From positions 1 through 59,212 of the forward strand of contig JAPOYM010000106.1 of assembly GCA_026706565.1 (NCBI GenBank): a stretch of 59,212 nt of DNA, read 5' to 3'. A program made the position numbers and the translations under genes. Each line of letters opens with the position of its first letter. The first letter of the stretch is position 1. The notes under the pieces were generated by a model that worked only from the letters and a program-made list of their open reading frames with translations, did no database searches and was not told the DNA's origin. The stretch comes from a bacterium. Lineage in GTDB: Bacteria; Actinomycetota; Acidimicrobiia; Acidimicrobiales; CATQHL01. This document shows, in pieces, positions 14,810 to 23,530 of this stretch.

Positions 14810-16366
14810 CTACAGCAGGAACCAGACTAACTGGGCCGTCGCGGAACTCCCTCCCAGTCCGTCCACGAGCCACCACAGGTGCATGGCAATGCCGAGGTAC
14901 AGGGCGGTCATCGCGGTCGTCTTGTACCGGCGCGCTCGGTGGTTCAGAGACCGCAGTACGGCCAGCAGCAGGGCGACCGATCCGAGCATGGAGGCGCCCC
15001 AGACGAACCAGACAAGGTACAGCATGGCATGGTAGACCGACTCGAGCTCGGGGTCTGCCGAAGTCGTCTCCACTGGATCCAGTAGGAGCGAGAGGGACAA
15101 CTCGGAGTCTTCGTTGTACTCGATGACCTTGCTCTCCTCCAGCGCCGCCGTCGTGGCCACGGCTGTGGCCGGGACGAAGGCCAAGACGATGCCGACGGCG
15201 AGGAGTCTCCGCACGCGACGCGGGCGAGCGTCGATCCAGCGCACGGGCCGCGAGGGCGCCTCGGACCTTCCGCCGCCGTCGCTGATGGTCTCACCGCCGT
15301 GGGCCGAGCCTTCCTCCGCAGGGGCCCCGTGCTGCACAGCCTCATCGTCACCGCCGGCCTCAGGCCACCGTGACCGGCGCGCGGGCCAGAACCGTATGAC
15401 GAACGCGATGAGGACGCCGATGCCGAGAGCGGGCAGCCAGGGCGTGGTCAGCCCGGACAGCGCCAGCCACCGATAATGGCGGGCGCGGCTCTGGGTTGGG
15501 AGCAGCCACAGGACGCCCAGCCCGCAGGCCGCCGCGAACAGGCAGACGGCGAGGCTGAAGTTCTGAATCGTCCCGTCGGCCCACGTCGGCAGAGCCTCCG
15601 GCAGCGGCTGCTGGTCAGCCAGGACGAGACGGTCGAAGGGCCGGTCGAGCGCGTCCCACGCCCGCCACGACGCCACGAACAGCCCCGGGAACAGCCCGAC
15701 CGAGAACACCACCGCGAGAGCGCGCTTCGCCGGTCCAGGGACAGAACCGCCCCAGAAGCGAACCGCTAACCCCCCGACCCCAGACGCGGCCCCACGAACA
15801 CCACCACCGCCCAAGCCGCCGCCCCAACCATCGCCCTCACCGACAACCCCGGATTCGCCCGCCACCGGAATCGACTCGGCCCAATCTGAGTCGTTCACCC
15901 GCCGGTCGGGCCAATAGTTGACGATGAACGCGAGCACCGCCACGATGCCGAGCAGAAGGCTCACGGCCATCACAAGTCCAGCGAGCGCCAATCCAACGTA
16001 GACATTGCGCCCCGAGCCGCGGCGCAACAGCATCAAGGCTGCGACACAGCAGCCGACCGCCAAGTAACTCGGCGACGCCAGAACGTAGACAATCACAACC
16101 CTGGCCCACAAGGGCCCCTCCAAAGCCACCATCCCAGGCGGGTCATGCCAGCCAATCGACAAGCGACCCCCTGCCAGAGAAAGAAGTAGATCCCAGCGCA
16201 AAGAACGCGATAGCAATACAGACAATGCACCTAACACTGATAGAATTGCACCAGTTATCGCGAGCCTTTCCGCCCGCCCGGGTCGGGACTCAATCCAGCG
16301 GGCACCCAGGCGCGAGGCGGAGCGGTCGGATCGCACCGCGGACGATCGATCCGACCGCGGCACCAT
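14810..16366 (-). CDS. Uncharacterised multi-pass membrane protein, paralog B
   Basis: The ORF track starts at 16372 (TTG); ATG 16366 gives MVPRSDRSS... The central 242 codons are identical to paralog A, and both termini are diverged. Confidence 0.75.
   Translation of the reverse strand: MVPRSDRSSAVRSDRSASRLGARWIESRPGRAERLAITGAILSVLGALSVLLSRSLRWDLLLSLAGGRLSIGWHDPPGMVALEGPLWARVVIVYVLASPSYLAVGCCVAALMLLRRGSGRNVYVGLALAGLVMAVSLLLGIVAVLAFIVNYWPDRRVNDSDWAESIPVAGESGVVGEGDGWGGGLGGGGVRGAASGVGGLAVRFWGGSVPGPAKRALAVVFSVGLFPGLFVASWRAWDALDRPFDRLVLADQQPLPEALPTWADGTIQNFSLAVCLFAAACGLGVLWLLPTQSRARHYRWLALSGLTTPWLPALGIGVLIAFVIRFWPARRSRWPEAGGDDEAVQHGAPAEEGSAHGGETISDGGGRSEAPSRPVRWIDARPRRVRRLLAVGIVLAFVPATAVATTAALEESKVIEYNEDSELSLSLLLDPVETTSADPELESVYHAMLYLVWFVWGASMLGSVALLLAVLRSLNHRARRYKTTAMTALYLGIAMHLWWLVDGLGGSSATAQLVWFLL
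15432..16157. repeat. 726-bp core of tandem duplication, copy 2
   Basis: See copy 1. The whole duplicated unit, including a conserved leader and about 12 nt past the stop codons (cgcggcgctacagcagg), spans roughly 13186-14795 and 14796-16398. Confidence 0.85.
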
Positions 16367-16398
16367 GGACAAAGCCTACTTCCCACGCAGAAGCCGGG

Positions 16399-17142
16399 TC
16401 AAAGCACCGAGGAGGACTGCGACGCGGCGGTTGCGCCTCTCGTCGCCGTCACCGCCGCGTAGAGGGCGGCAAGCATGCGATCCTCGGCGACGGTGACAGG
16501 GGCGGCGGAACCGGCGAGGTCCTGCGCCAGCGCCTCACGCTCCGGTGCCGACAGCGCCAGCAGCGCGGCGAACTCGCCTGGCTCCCAACGCCGCAGCAGC
16601 CCCGACTGGAATCGTGCGTAGGCGCGGCTGCGCCGCTGGGACAGTCCGACGACCTTGCGGCCTGCCACGAACACCTCGCCCGGGCCGCGGCCCGCGTAGC
16701 AGACGAGCTTGCCCCAGCGCCCGGCCTCGTAGGCGCCCTCGTACACTTCTCCGGAAATCCCGCACTCGGCCAACGCGCGCTGCCAGGCCCGGCCCAGCCA
16801 CGCGAAGGCACCGGCGGCGTCGGGATGCCACAGCGGGTCGTCCCGCGGCACCACGACGTCCACCCACAGCAGGTCGGCCGGCGACACGAGCACCGCCCCG
16901 CCGCCGGAGCGGCGCCGCAGGATCGGCAGGTCGCGTCGGCGCGCCGCCGCCGCGTCGACGGTGTCCGGCCGCTGCCCGCTGCCGAGTACGACCGCCTCGC
17001 CGACGGGACGCATGACCCAGATCGCCCGGCCCGGGCGGGGCCCCACGGCGACCGCATGGAGAGCCCGAACCGACCCGGTCCGCTCGACGACCCTCCAGGA
17101 CGCTCCCGGACCGGCCGGCGGCGAGGCGCCGCTGCGCCTCAC
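16399..17142 (-). CDS. Biotin/lipoate A/B protein ligase family protein (LplA-like)
   Basis: ILRRRSGGGAVLV and RKVVGLSQRR resemble the BPL/LPL catalytic-domain motifs (RRxSGGGAV, KxxGxAQ). The start is uncertain. 4-nt overlap with the HNH gene. Confidence 0.6.
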   Translation of the reverse strand: MRRSGASPPAGPGASWRVVERTGSVRALHAVAVGPRPGRAIWVMRPVGEAVVLGSGQRPDTVDAAAARRRDLPILRRRSGGGAVLVSPADLLWVDVVVPRDDPLWHPDAAGAFAWLGRAWQRALAECGISGEVYEGAYEAGRWGKLVCYAGRGPGEVFVAGRKVVGLSQRRSRAYARFQSGLLRRWEPGEFAALLALSAPEREALAQDLAGSAAPVTVAEDRMLAALYAAVTATRGATAASQSSSVL

Positions 17143-17723
17143 GCCGACAGGGCTCTGTCGTCGTGCAGGTAGGCGCTCCAGTGGTCGGGGAGCTCATCGG
17201 CGCTGAGGCGGATGAGAGCGGTCCAGGTCGGGGGTTGCGGCGTTCGGCTCAGGCCCATGCCGATCTCGCTGGGCAGCCGATCGCGCTTGCGCGTGTTGCA
17301 GCGTCGGCAGGCGGCCACGACGTTGTCCCAGGTGTGGCCCCCGCCGCGGCTGCGCGGGCGCACGTGATCGATGCTGTCGGCCCGCCGGCCGCAGTACTGG
17401 CAGCTGTGGTTGTCCCGTGCTAGGACGCCTCGACGGCTGAGCGACCCCCGCCGCAGGTAGGGCACGCGCACGTAGTACTGCAGCCGCACCACCGACGGGA
17501 TCTCGACGGTGAGTCGTTCCGAACGCAGAACGACGCCCGAGGGATGTACGGCGACGGCCTTCCCGTCGAGCACGAGCACGGCGGCGCGGCGCGCCGGCAC
17601 GACGCTCAGCGGCTCGTCGGTCGCATTCAGTACCAGGGCCAGGCTCACGGCCTCACAAGCTATCCCCATGTCGACCCACCGCGACTTGGGCGAGGTCACG
17701 GAGTGGGCGGCCGTGCGCAGCAT
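17139..17723 (-). CDS. HNH endonuclease family protein
   Basis: CQYCGRRADSIDHVRPRSRGGGHTWDNVVAACRRCNTRK is an HNH/zinc-finger nuclease motif. The true start may be the internal ATG giving MGIACEAV... Confidence 0.8.
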   Translation of the reverse strand: MLRTAAHSVTSPKSRWVDMGIACEAVSLALVLNATDEPLSVVPARRAAVLVLDGKAVAVHPSGVVLRSERLTVEIPSVVRLQYYVRVPYLRRGSLSRRGVLARDNHSCQYCGRRADSIDHVRPRSRGGGHTWDNVVAACRRCNTRKRDRLPSEIGMGLSRTPQPPTWTALIRLSADELPDHWSAYLHDDRALSA

Positions 17724-18063
17724 CGCCTGAAGGAGCGCGCCCAGGCGAGCCAGGCGACGACGTCGCCGACGGGCGGATGCCGGGAGGGATCCCCGTAGGC
17801 CGTCACGGAGCGGAACGACCTGTAGGGGGTGGAGACGGCCGGGCGCAGCTGCAGCAGCGACTCCCTCCAGAGCCCCGGTCGCCGGAGCACTTCCCAGCCG
17901 ACGGCTAGCGCCAAGGCGCCGAGGCGGCCACCGCGGGCGGGAATGCGACTTGTTCGGCCCACCACCGGCGTACCCTAGTGGCCGCGGCGAATCCGGTTGG
18001 GTTCAGGTCGAGCACCATCGGGACCGCCGAGAACGCAGGCGAGCACGCACCGGATCTGCCAAC

Positions 18064-19053
18064 GTGACCAACGCGAACCCCGAACCGACATCGCCCCTCG
18101 GCACCCAGGCAGGTTTCGCGTCTACGTTCGAGGCGATCGCCGCCAACGTCGAGCGCGTCGTCAAAGGCAAGCGCAGGCTCGTCCGGCTGCTGCTGCTCTG
18201 CCTCTTCGCGGAGGGCCACGTGCTGCTGCGGGATCCCCCCGGCGCAGGCAAGACCGTCCTCGCCAAGACGGTGGCCCGCACGCTCGGGCTGGAGTTCGGC
18301 CGCGTCCAGTTCACGCCGGACCTCATGCCCAGCGACGTCGTCGGCGTGTCGCTGTGGAACCCCGTCCAGAACGGCTTCGAGTTCAGACCGGGCCCCGTCT
18401 TCGCGGGCCTCCTGCTGGCCGACGAGATCAACCGCACCTCTCCCCGCACCCAGGCCGCGCTGCTCGAAGCGATGGCCGAGCGCCAGGTCACCGTCGACGG
18501 CACGACGCATGGTCTGGCCTCGCCGTTCCTGGTGATCGCGACGGAGAACTCCCAGGAGACCGAAGGCACCTTCCCGCTTCCGACCAGCCAACTGGACCGC
18601 TTCTGCATGAGCCTGAGCGCAGGGTTCCCGGACCGCGCCGCGGAGTCTGAGATCCTGGAGTCCCATCGCCGCGGGACACCCTTGGACTCGCTCCCCCCAG
18701 TCACCGACACCGCCACGGTCCGAGCCATGATCGACGCCGTCCGCTCGGTCCATGTGGCGCCCGCGGTGCGGGACTACCTCGTGGACCTGGCCCTCAGCAG
18801 CCGCGCCCACAGCGCTATTTCCGGTGGGATGTCGCCGCGGGCCACCCTGGGGCTTCAGCGCACCGCACAGGCGCGAGCCGCTGCGGCGGGGCGGACTTTC
18901 GTCCTCCCCGACGACGTGAAGGAGGTGGCTCGGCCGATCCTGGCGCACCGCCTCACCCTGGAGCAGAACGCGCAGTTCGCCGGCACCACCCCCGCCGCGG
19001 TGATCGACGAGATCCTCGCCGACACGCCCAGTCCACCGGTGAGCGTCCGCTGA
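18064..19053 (+). CDS. moxR: MoxR-family AAA+ ATPase
   Basis: HVLLRDPPGAGKTVLAKTVA (Walker A), LLADEINRTSPRTQAALLEAM (Walker B / sensor), FLVIATENSQE. The start is set at GTG 18064, giving about 329 aa; the ORF track begins at 17950. Confidence 0.9.
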   Translation: MTNANPEPTSPLGTQAGFASTFEAIAANVERVVKGKRRLVRLLLLCLFAEGHVLLRDPPGAGKTVLAKTVARTLGLEFGRVQFTPDLMPSDVVGVSLWNPVQNGFEFRPGPVFAGLLLADEINRTSPRTQAALLEAMAERQVTVDGTTHGLASPFLVIATENSQETEGTFPLPTSQLDRFCMSLSAGFPDRAAESEILESHRRGTPLDSLPPVTDTATVRAMIDAVRSVHVAPAVRDYLVDLALSSRAHSAISGGMSPRATLGLQRTAQARAAAAGRTFVLPDDVKEVARPILAHRLTLEQNAQFAGTTPAAVIDEILADTPSPPVSVR

Positions 19054-19066
19054 CCGGACCGGTGCC

Positions 19067-20236
19067 TTGACCCGAGCCGGCGTACAGACCCTCATCCCGG
19101 CGTTGGTGTCCGGGGCGGTCGCACTGCTGTTCGGGCTGCCGGAGCTCTTCTTCGTGGCGGCGACCTGCGCCGGCTTGGTGCTCGCGGCCGCCGCCGGGGT
19201 GCTGTTGCGGCCCCCCCTGCGGATCGCCTGTGCGCCGGCGCGCAGGCGCGTCCCCGCCGGCACGCCGCTCGCTGTCGGGGTGCGCGTCAGCAACGGCGCC
19301 CGCCGGCGGACCGCTCCGTCGGTCGAGATCATCGACGATTCGGCCGAGGGGACCGAGACGGTGCTGAGCCTTCCGGCGCTGCCCTCGGGGGCCGCCCTCG
19401 AGGAGCGCTACTGCCTGTCGACCGAGAGGCGCGGCTGGCGGGTGCTCGGACCGGTGTGGATGGAGGTGACCGACCCCTTCGGACTGGCGCGGCACCGGCA
19501 CCGGGCCGCCCCCCGCGACAAGGTCCTCGTGTGGCCGCGGATCGACGACCTAGCCGGCTTCGCCGCGGCCGTCGAGGACGCGACCGAGAGGCGGCGGCAC
19601 ACCCGGATCGTGCCCGGCGCCGAGACTGACCTCCACAGCCTCCGACGGTACGAGCCGGGCGACGATCCGCACCGCATCCACTGGCCGTCCAGCACCCGCC
19701 ACCGGGAACTGCTGGTCCGCCGCTTCGAGACCGTCGAGCGGCCCGAGACCCTGCTGTACCTCGAGACCGACGCCGACGCCGCCACTGCGGAAGTCTTCGA
19801 GCGGATGGTCTCAGCGGCCGCGGGGCTGGCCACCCTGGCCGCGTCCGCCGGCGGGACGGTCCGGCTGATCACCCGCGGCGGCGCCGAGGTGCGCGCCACC
19901 GGGAGCGCCGTGCCCATACTCGACGCCCTCGCGTTCGTGGCGCAGAGCCGCCCCGAGGACCTAGCCGCCCCGTTGCTCCCGGTGGGCGCCGCCCGGATGA
20001 TCCTCCTGGCCGTCGTCGGCGACATGGCGCCCCACCGTCCCGACGGCTTGCCCAGGTTCCCAGGGCGCCGCGTCATCCTGCAGTTCTGGCAGAACGAGGC
20101 GCCGTCCTCCCACCGCGACGTCGTGGCCGTCGGCCCCGAGGACTCAACGGCCCTGCGGTGGCAGGAGCACCTCGCCCGGCGCTCTGGGACCGCCCGGGAG
20201 CGGGAGGCGCCGACCGCGGCCGCCGCGGCGGGATGA
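19067..20236 (+). CDS. DUF58 domain protein (vWA-like partner of MoxR)
   Basis: LRRYEPGDDPHRIHWPSSTRHRELLVRRFE is the DUF58 signature. Two N-terminal TM helices. TTG start as given in the track, so the start is uncertain. Confidence 0.85.
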   Translation: MTRAGVQTLIPALVSGAVALLFGLPELFFVAATCAGLVLAAAAGVLLRPPLRIACAPARRRVPAGTPLAVGVRVSNGARRRTAPSVEIIDDSAEGTETVLSLPALPSGAALEERYCLSTERRGWRVLGPVWMEVTDPFGLARHRHRAAPRDKVLVWPRIDDLAGFAAAVEDATERRRHTRIVPGAETDLHSLRRYEPGDDPHRIHWPSSTRHRELLVRRFETVERPETLLYLETDADAATAEVFERMVSAAAGLATLAASAGGTVRLITRGGAEVRATGSAVPILDALAFVAQSRPEDLAAPLLPVGAARMILLAVVGDMAPHRPDGLPRFPGRRVILQFWQNEAPSSHRDVVAVGPEDSTALRWQEHLARRSGTAREREAPTAAAAAG

Positions 20237-22521
20237 GACCGACACCGCAGCCGCCGCCGCCGTCGCTGCCCGCTGAGATCCTGCTGGTCGGGGTCAGCGT
20301 CACGACCCTGCTCAGCGGGCTGCGGCTCTTCTCCGACGGGTCGTTCCTGCCGCCCGTGATCGGCGCGACCCTCCTGACGCACGTACTGGTGGCTGTCGTG
20401 CGGCGTGCCGGTCGGAGCATCGGCCTAGGCGCCCTGGTGTCGCTCGTGGGCGTCGCCGCGCTGCAACTCTGGGTCCACTACCCGCACACCACCCGCTTCG
20501 GCCTGCCCCAGCGAGCCACCCTCGAAGCTCTCTCCGACGACTTCCGGGGTGCTTGGGACCTCGTCAACTCGTCTCAGGTGCCCGTCGCCGCGCAAACCGC
20601 CCTAGTGGTCATCGCCGCGGCTGTGGCCTGGGTGATTCCGGTGCTCGCGGACTGGGGCGCATTCCGAGTCGGCGTGCGGGGCGAGGCCCTGGTGCCGGCC
20701 GCCATGGCCTTCGTGGCCGTCTCGCTGTTCGGGACCGACGAGGGAAGGATCCTCTATCCGCTCCTCGTGGTGACCTGCGCGGTGGCGTTCGGGTTGGTCC
20801 ACCATCGCAGCCAGAGGCCGGCGCGCCGGGGCCTCGGCGGCGGCGAGCGCCTGACGCATCGGGGGCCGCTGGGGCTCGCCGGAAGTGCGCTGGCGGTGAC
20901 CGGCGCAACGCTGGCCACCGTCGTGCTGCTGCCCGCGCTGTCCGACGGGCCGCTCCGGCCGCTGCTCGACCCCGCCGCGGCGCCGGCCGAGGGCGAACGG
21001 AAGGTCGTGCTCAGCCCGCTGGTGGTGCTCCCCGGGCAACTCCTGCAGAACCCCCACCTGGAGCTCTTCTCGGTCCGCAGCACGCAGCGGGCCTACTGGC
21101 GGCTGACTGCCCTCGGGGACTTCGACGGGGTCGTCTGGTCGCTCGACGAGAGGACCGCCACAGCCACCGGCGCACTCGCCAGCCGGGCCGCCACGACAGG
21201 CCCGGTCAGCGAGGTGACCCAGACCTACCGGATCGACGCCCTGGCGGCCGTGTGGCTGCCCGCCGCCTACCAGCCCGTCGGCTTCGAGGCGGCCGGGAAC
21301 TCGTTCAGGGCGAGCTTCGAACCGGTCTCCTCGACCTTGCTCGTGGGTTCGAGCCGCGGCGACTCCGACGGCCTCAGTTACACCGTGCGGTCCGCCGTGC
21401 CGCGTTTCGAGGCGGACTTCCTCGCCTCGCTGCGCAACGACCCCGCCGACGTCCCGCCCGGGTTCACCGACCTGCCGGCCGGCTTGAGCCCGGCGCTGGC
21501 CGAGCTCGCCGCCGAGGTCACCGCGGGGCACACCGGGCCGTACCAGAAGGCCCTCGCCATGCAGGACTGGTTCCGCAGCCGCTTCGAGTACGACCTCGAC
21601 GTGGCGGCCGGCCACTCCAGCGCCCGACTGGAGGATTTCCTGCTGGAAGACCGGAGGGGATACTGCGAGCAGTTCGCCGCCGCCTTCGCCACCCTGGCGC
21701 GGACGCTGGGACTGCCGGCGCGGGTGGCCGTCGGTTTCACCCCGGGGATCGAAGCAGGGCCCGACGAGGGCGACGGCGCCCTCTACAGCGTCCGAGGGGA
21801 GCACGCTCACGCCTGGCCGGAGGTCTTCATCAGCGGCGCGGGCTGGGTGGCGTTCGAGCCGACCCCCGGGCGCGGCGCGCCCGGAGCGGAGGACTACACG
21901 TTCGTGCCCGAGCAGCAGGACGCCCCCGGTCCGCCTACCACCCCCACCCTCGCCCCGCCGCAGCCGCCGCAGCCGCAGCCGCCGAGCGGCGCGCCGCCCC
22001 CGCCGGGGTCTCCCGCCGCCCCCGACGGAGGGGGCGACGTCGCCGGGACCGCGGGGCGCGTGGGGGTGCTGTTCGGCTTGGCCGCCGCGGGGCTCGCAGC
22101 CGCCGGGGGCGGGTACGCGCTGGCGACGGCAGGACTCCGCTCCGTCCGGCGGCGGCGGCGGCGCCGCTGGGCTCACGGGGATGCGGGGCGGACCGCCGTG
22201 GCGGCCTGGGAGGAGACTCTGGAACTCCTAGCGCCCCGCGGCATCAGGCCCCGCCTAGCCGAGACCCCCCTCGAGTTGGCGCAGCGAGCGGCCCTAGCCC
22301 TCGGCGCGGTGCCGGACATGTGGCGGCGGCTGGCCGTCTGCGTCTCGGCGGCGGCGTTCGGCGGCGACCCTGTGCCCGCCGAACTCGGCCAGCAGGCCGC
22401 CACCGCGGCGTCGGCCATCTCCGCGGCGCTCCGGGAGACCCGAACACCCGCCCAGCGGCTGCGCGCGCTGGTGGATCCTCAGCCGTGGGCGCTGCTGCAC
22501 GCCGGCCGCAGGACCGGCTGA
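20233..22521 (+). CDS. Transglutaminase-like membrane protein
   Basis: From ATG 20233 (ATGA overlap with the DUF58 stop). N-terminal polytopic region. RRGYCEQFAAAFATLARTLGLPARVAVGF...HAWPEVF..GWVAFEPTP is the Cys-His-Asp transglutaminase core. A Pro-rich linker and a TM follow near the C-terminus. Confidence 0.85.
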   Translation: MRPTPQPPPPSLPAEILLVGVSVTTLLSGLRLFSDGSFLPPVIGATLLTHVLVAVVRRAGRSIGLGALVSLVGVAALQLWVHYPHTTRFGLPQRATLEALSDDFRGAWDLVNSSQVPVAAQTALVVIAAAVAWVIPVLADWGAFRVGVRGEALVPAAMAFVAVSLFGTDEGRILYPLLVVTCAVAFGLVHHRSQRPARRGLGGGERLTHRGPLGLAGSALAVTGATLATVVLLPALSDGPLRPLLDPAAAPAEGERKVVLSPLVVLPGQLLQNPHLELFSVRSTQRAYWRLTALGDFDGVVWSLDERTATATGALASRAATTGPVSEVTQTYRIDALAAVWLPAAYQPVGFEAAGNSFRASFEPVSSTLLVGSSRGDSDGLSYTVRSAVPRFEADFLASLRNDPADVPPGFTDLPAGLSPALAELAAEVTAGHTGPYQKALAMQDWFRSRFEYDLDVAAGHSSARLEDFLLEDRRGYCEQFAAAFATLARTLGLPARVAVGFTPGIEAGPDEGDGALYSVRGEHAHAWPEVFISGAGWVAFEPTPGRGAPGAEDYTFVPEQQDAPGPPTTPTLAPPQPPQPQPPSGAPPPPGSPAAPDGGGDVAGTAGRVGVLFGLAAAGLAAAGGGYALATAGLRSVRRRRRRRWAHGDAGRTAVAAWEETLELLAPRGIRPRLAETPLELAQRAALALGAVPDMWRRLAVCVSAAAFGGDPVPAELGQQAATAASAISAALRETRTPAQRLRALVDPQPWALLHAGRRTG

Positions 22522-22544
22522 GCGTCGCTTCGGCGCGACGGGGC

Positions 22545-22928
22545 CTATTCGCCGCGCTGGTCGCGGTTGAAGCGGTCGCGCATCCGCTGCCCCGGCGTGC
22601 CTGTTCCGTCGCGCCAGGCGCCGCTCAAGGGATTGCGTGAGATCTCCTGCAGCCCGGCCTTGCCCACCAGGCGGGCGTTGCGCTCGAAGAACATCGCCGA
22701 GGCGAGCATGATGAGGAAACCCACGAACGACAGCCAGAACGAGGTCGACAGCGTGAAGATCATGAAGACGATGCCGGCGATGAACCCCAGCACAGACCGC
22801 CGGAGGTTGCGGAAACCGTGGCGGAACACCGTCGTGGAACGGACCTCTTCAGCAAGCTCGGGATCGGTCTCGTAGAGGTTCGCCTCGATCTCGCTGAGTA
22901 TTCGTTGTTCGTCCTCCGACAGCGGCAC
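22545..22928 (-). CDS. DUF3040-family small membrane protein
   Basis: GTG start. The N-terminus PLSEDEQRILSEIEANLYETDP is typical of DUF3040, and two TM helices follow. A GGGAGG SD lies 8 nt upstream. Confidence 0.75.
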   Translation of the reverse strand: MPLSEDEQRILSEIEANLYETDPELAEEVRSTTVFRHGFRNLRRSVLGFIAGIVFMIFTLSTSFWLSFVGFLIMLASAMFFERNARLVGKAGLQEISRNPLSGAWRDGTGTPGQRMRDRFNRDQRGE

Positions 22929-23124
22929 AGGCCCGCCTCCCTTCCCGTTACGCCTTGCGGTTACGCCTTCCCGGGTACTGCCTTCCCGGCCGGGTCGCCG
23001 TCCCCGGCGCTGTCCGACGGCTCACCGGTGTGCCCAAGTCTCGCACAACCAGCGCGCCGCGACAACACCTCCAGCGCCATCTGTGCCGCACCGACCGCCT
23101 CGGCGGGCACCTAGCCTTGTTGCG

Positions 23125-23436
23125 ATGAGCGGTTCCCGGGACGCGCCGGCGGAGCGCTCGGCCCGGCCGGGGCGGCGAGCGAGAGCCGCGGCGACCGCCG
23201 CGATCCTGCTGGCGGGGGCCTGCGGCGGGCTGATCGGCTACGCCCTCGTGGATGTGAGCTGCTCGGGCGACTGCGGCTGGCAGCTCGGGGTGGGGACCCT
23301 CACCGGCGCCGTGGTCTGCGCAGCGGGTGTCGCCATCGTCGCCTCCCTGACGCTGCGGGCCATGAGCGAGTGGCGCGAGGCCCCGAGGGGCGCCCGGTCG
23401 CCTCTGGCGCCGCGTCGTAGCCGGCGCCTGCGGTGA
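23125..23436 (+). CDS. Possible small two-TM membrane protein
   Basis: Part of ORF 23083..23436. AAILLAGACGGLIGYALV and GAVVCAAGVAIVASLTL are hydrophobic. I recognise no homology, and the composition is also compatible with a chance ORF. Confidence 0.3.
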   Translation: MSGSRDAPAERSARPGRRARAAATAAILLAGACGGLIGYALVDVSCSGDCGWQLGVGTLTGAVVCAAGVAIVASLTLRAMSEWREAPRGARSPLAPRRSRRLR

Positions 23437-23452
23437 GCCGCGGTCCCGCCGC

Positions 23453-23499
23453 GGCCGGCGGCCGGCGAGGGCGGGCCGGCGGCCGGCGAGGGCGGGCCG
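23453..23499. repeat. 2.2 copies of a 21-nt perfect tandem repeat upstream of mtrA
   Basis: ggccggcggccggcgagggcg at 23453-23473 and 23474-23494, with 5 further matching nt. Confidence 0.9.
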
Positions 23500-23530
23500 A
23501 CTCCGGGCCGAGTGCGACAAGCAGCCCCGG

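Noticed and set aside
13186-16398. Considered whether the 1.6-kb repeats or any short repeats represent a CRISPR array or an insertion sequence
   Set aside because: The period is gene-sized and the repeats are coding. There are no short regularly spaced repeats with unique spacers, and no transposase, integrase or cas genes anywhere in the window.
17905-19332. 475-aa minus-strand ORF
   Set aside because: It is antisense to the MoxR ATPase gene and has no motifs; it is a shadow ORF.
20553-22640. 695-aa plus-strand ORF, plus the 524-aa minus-strand ORF 20602..22176
   Set aside because: These are an alternative frame and the antisense of the transglutaminase gene. Both are Arg/Gly/Pro-rich with no recognisable domain.
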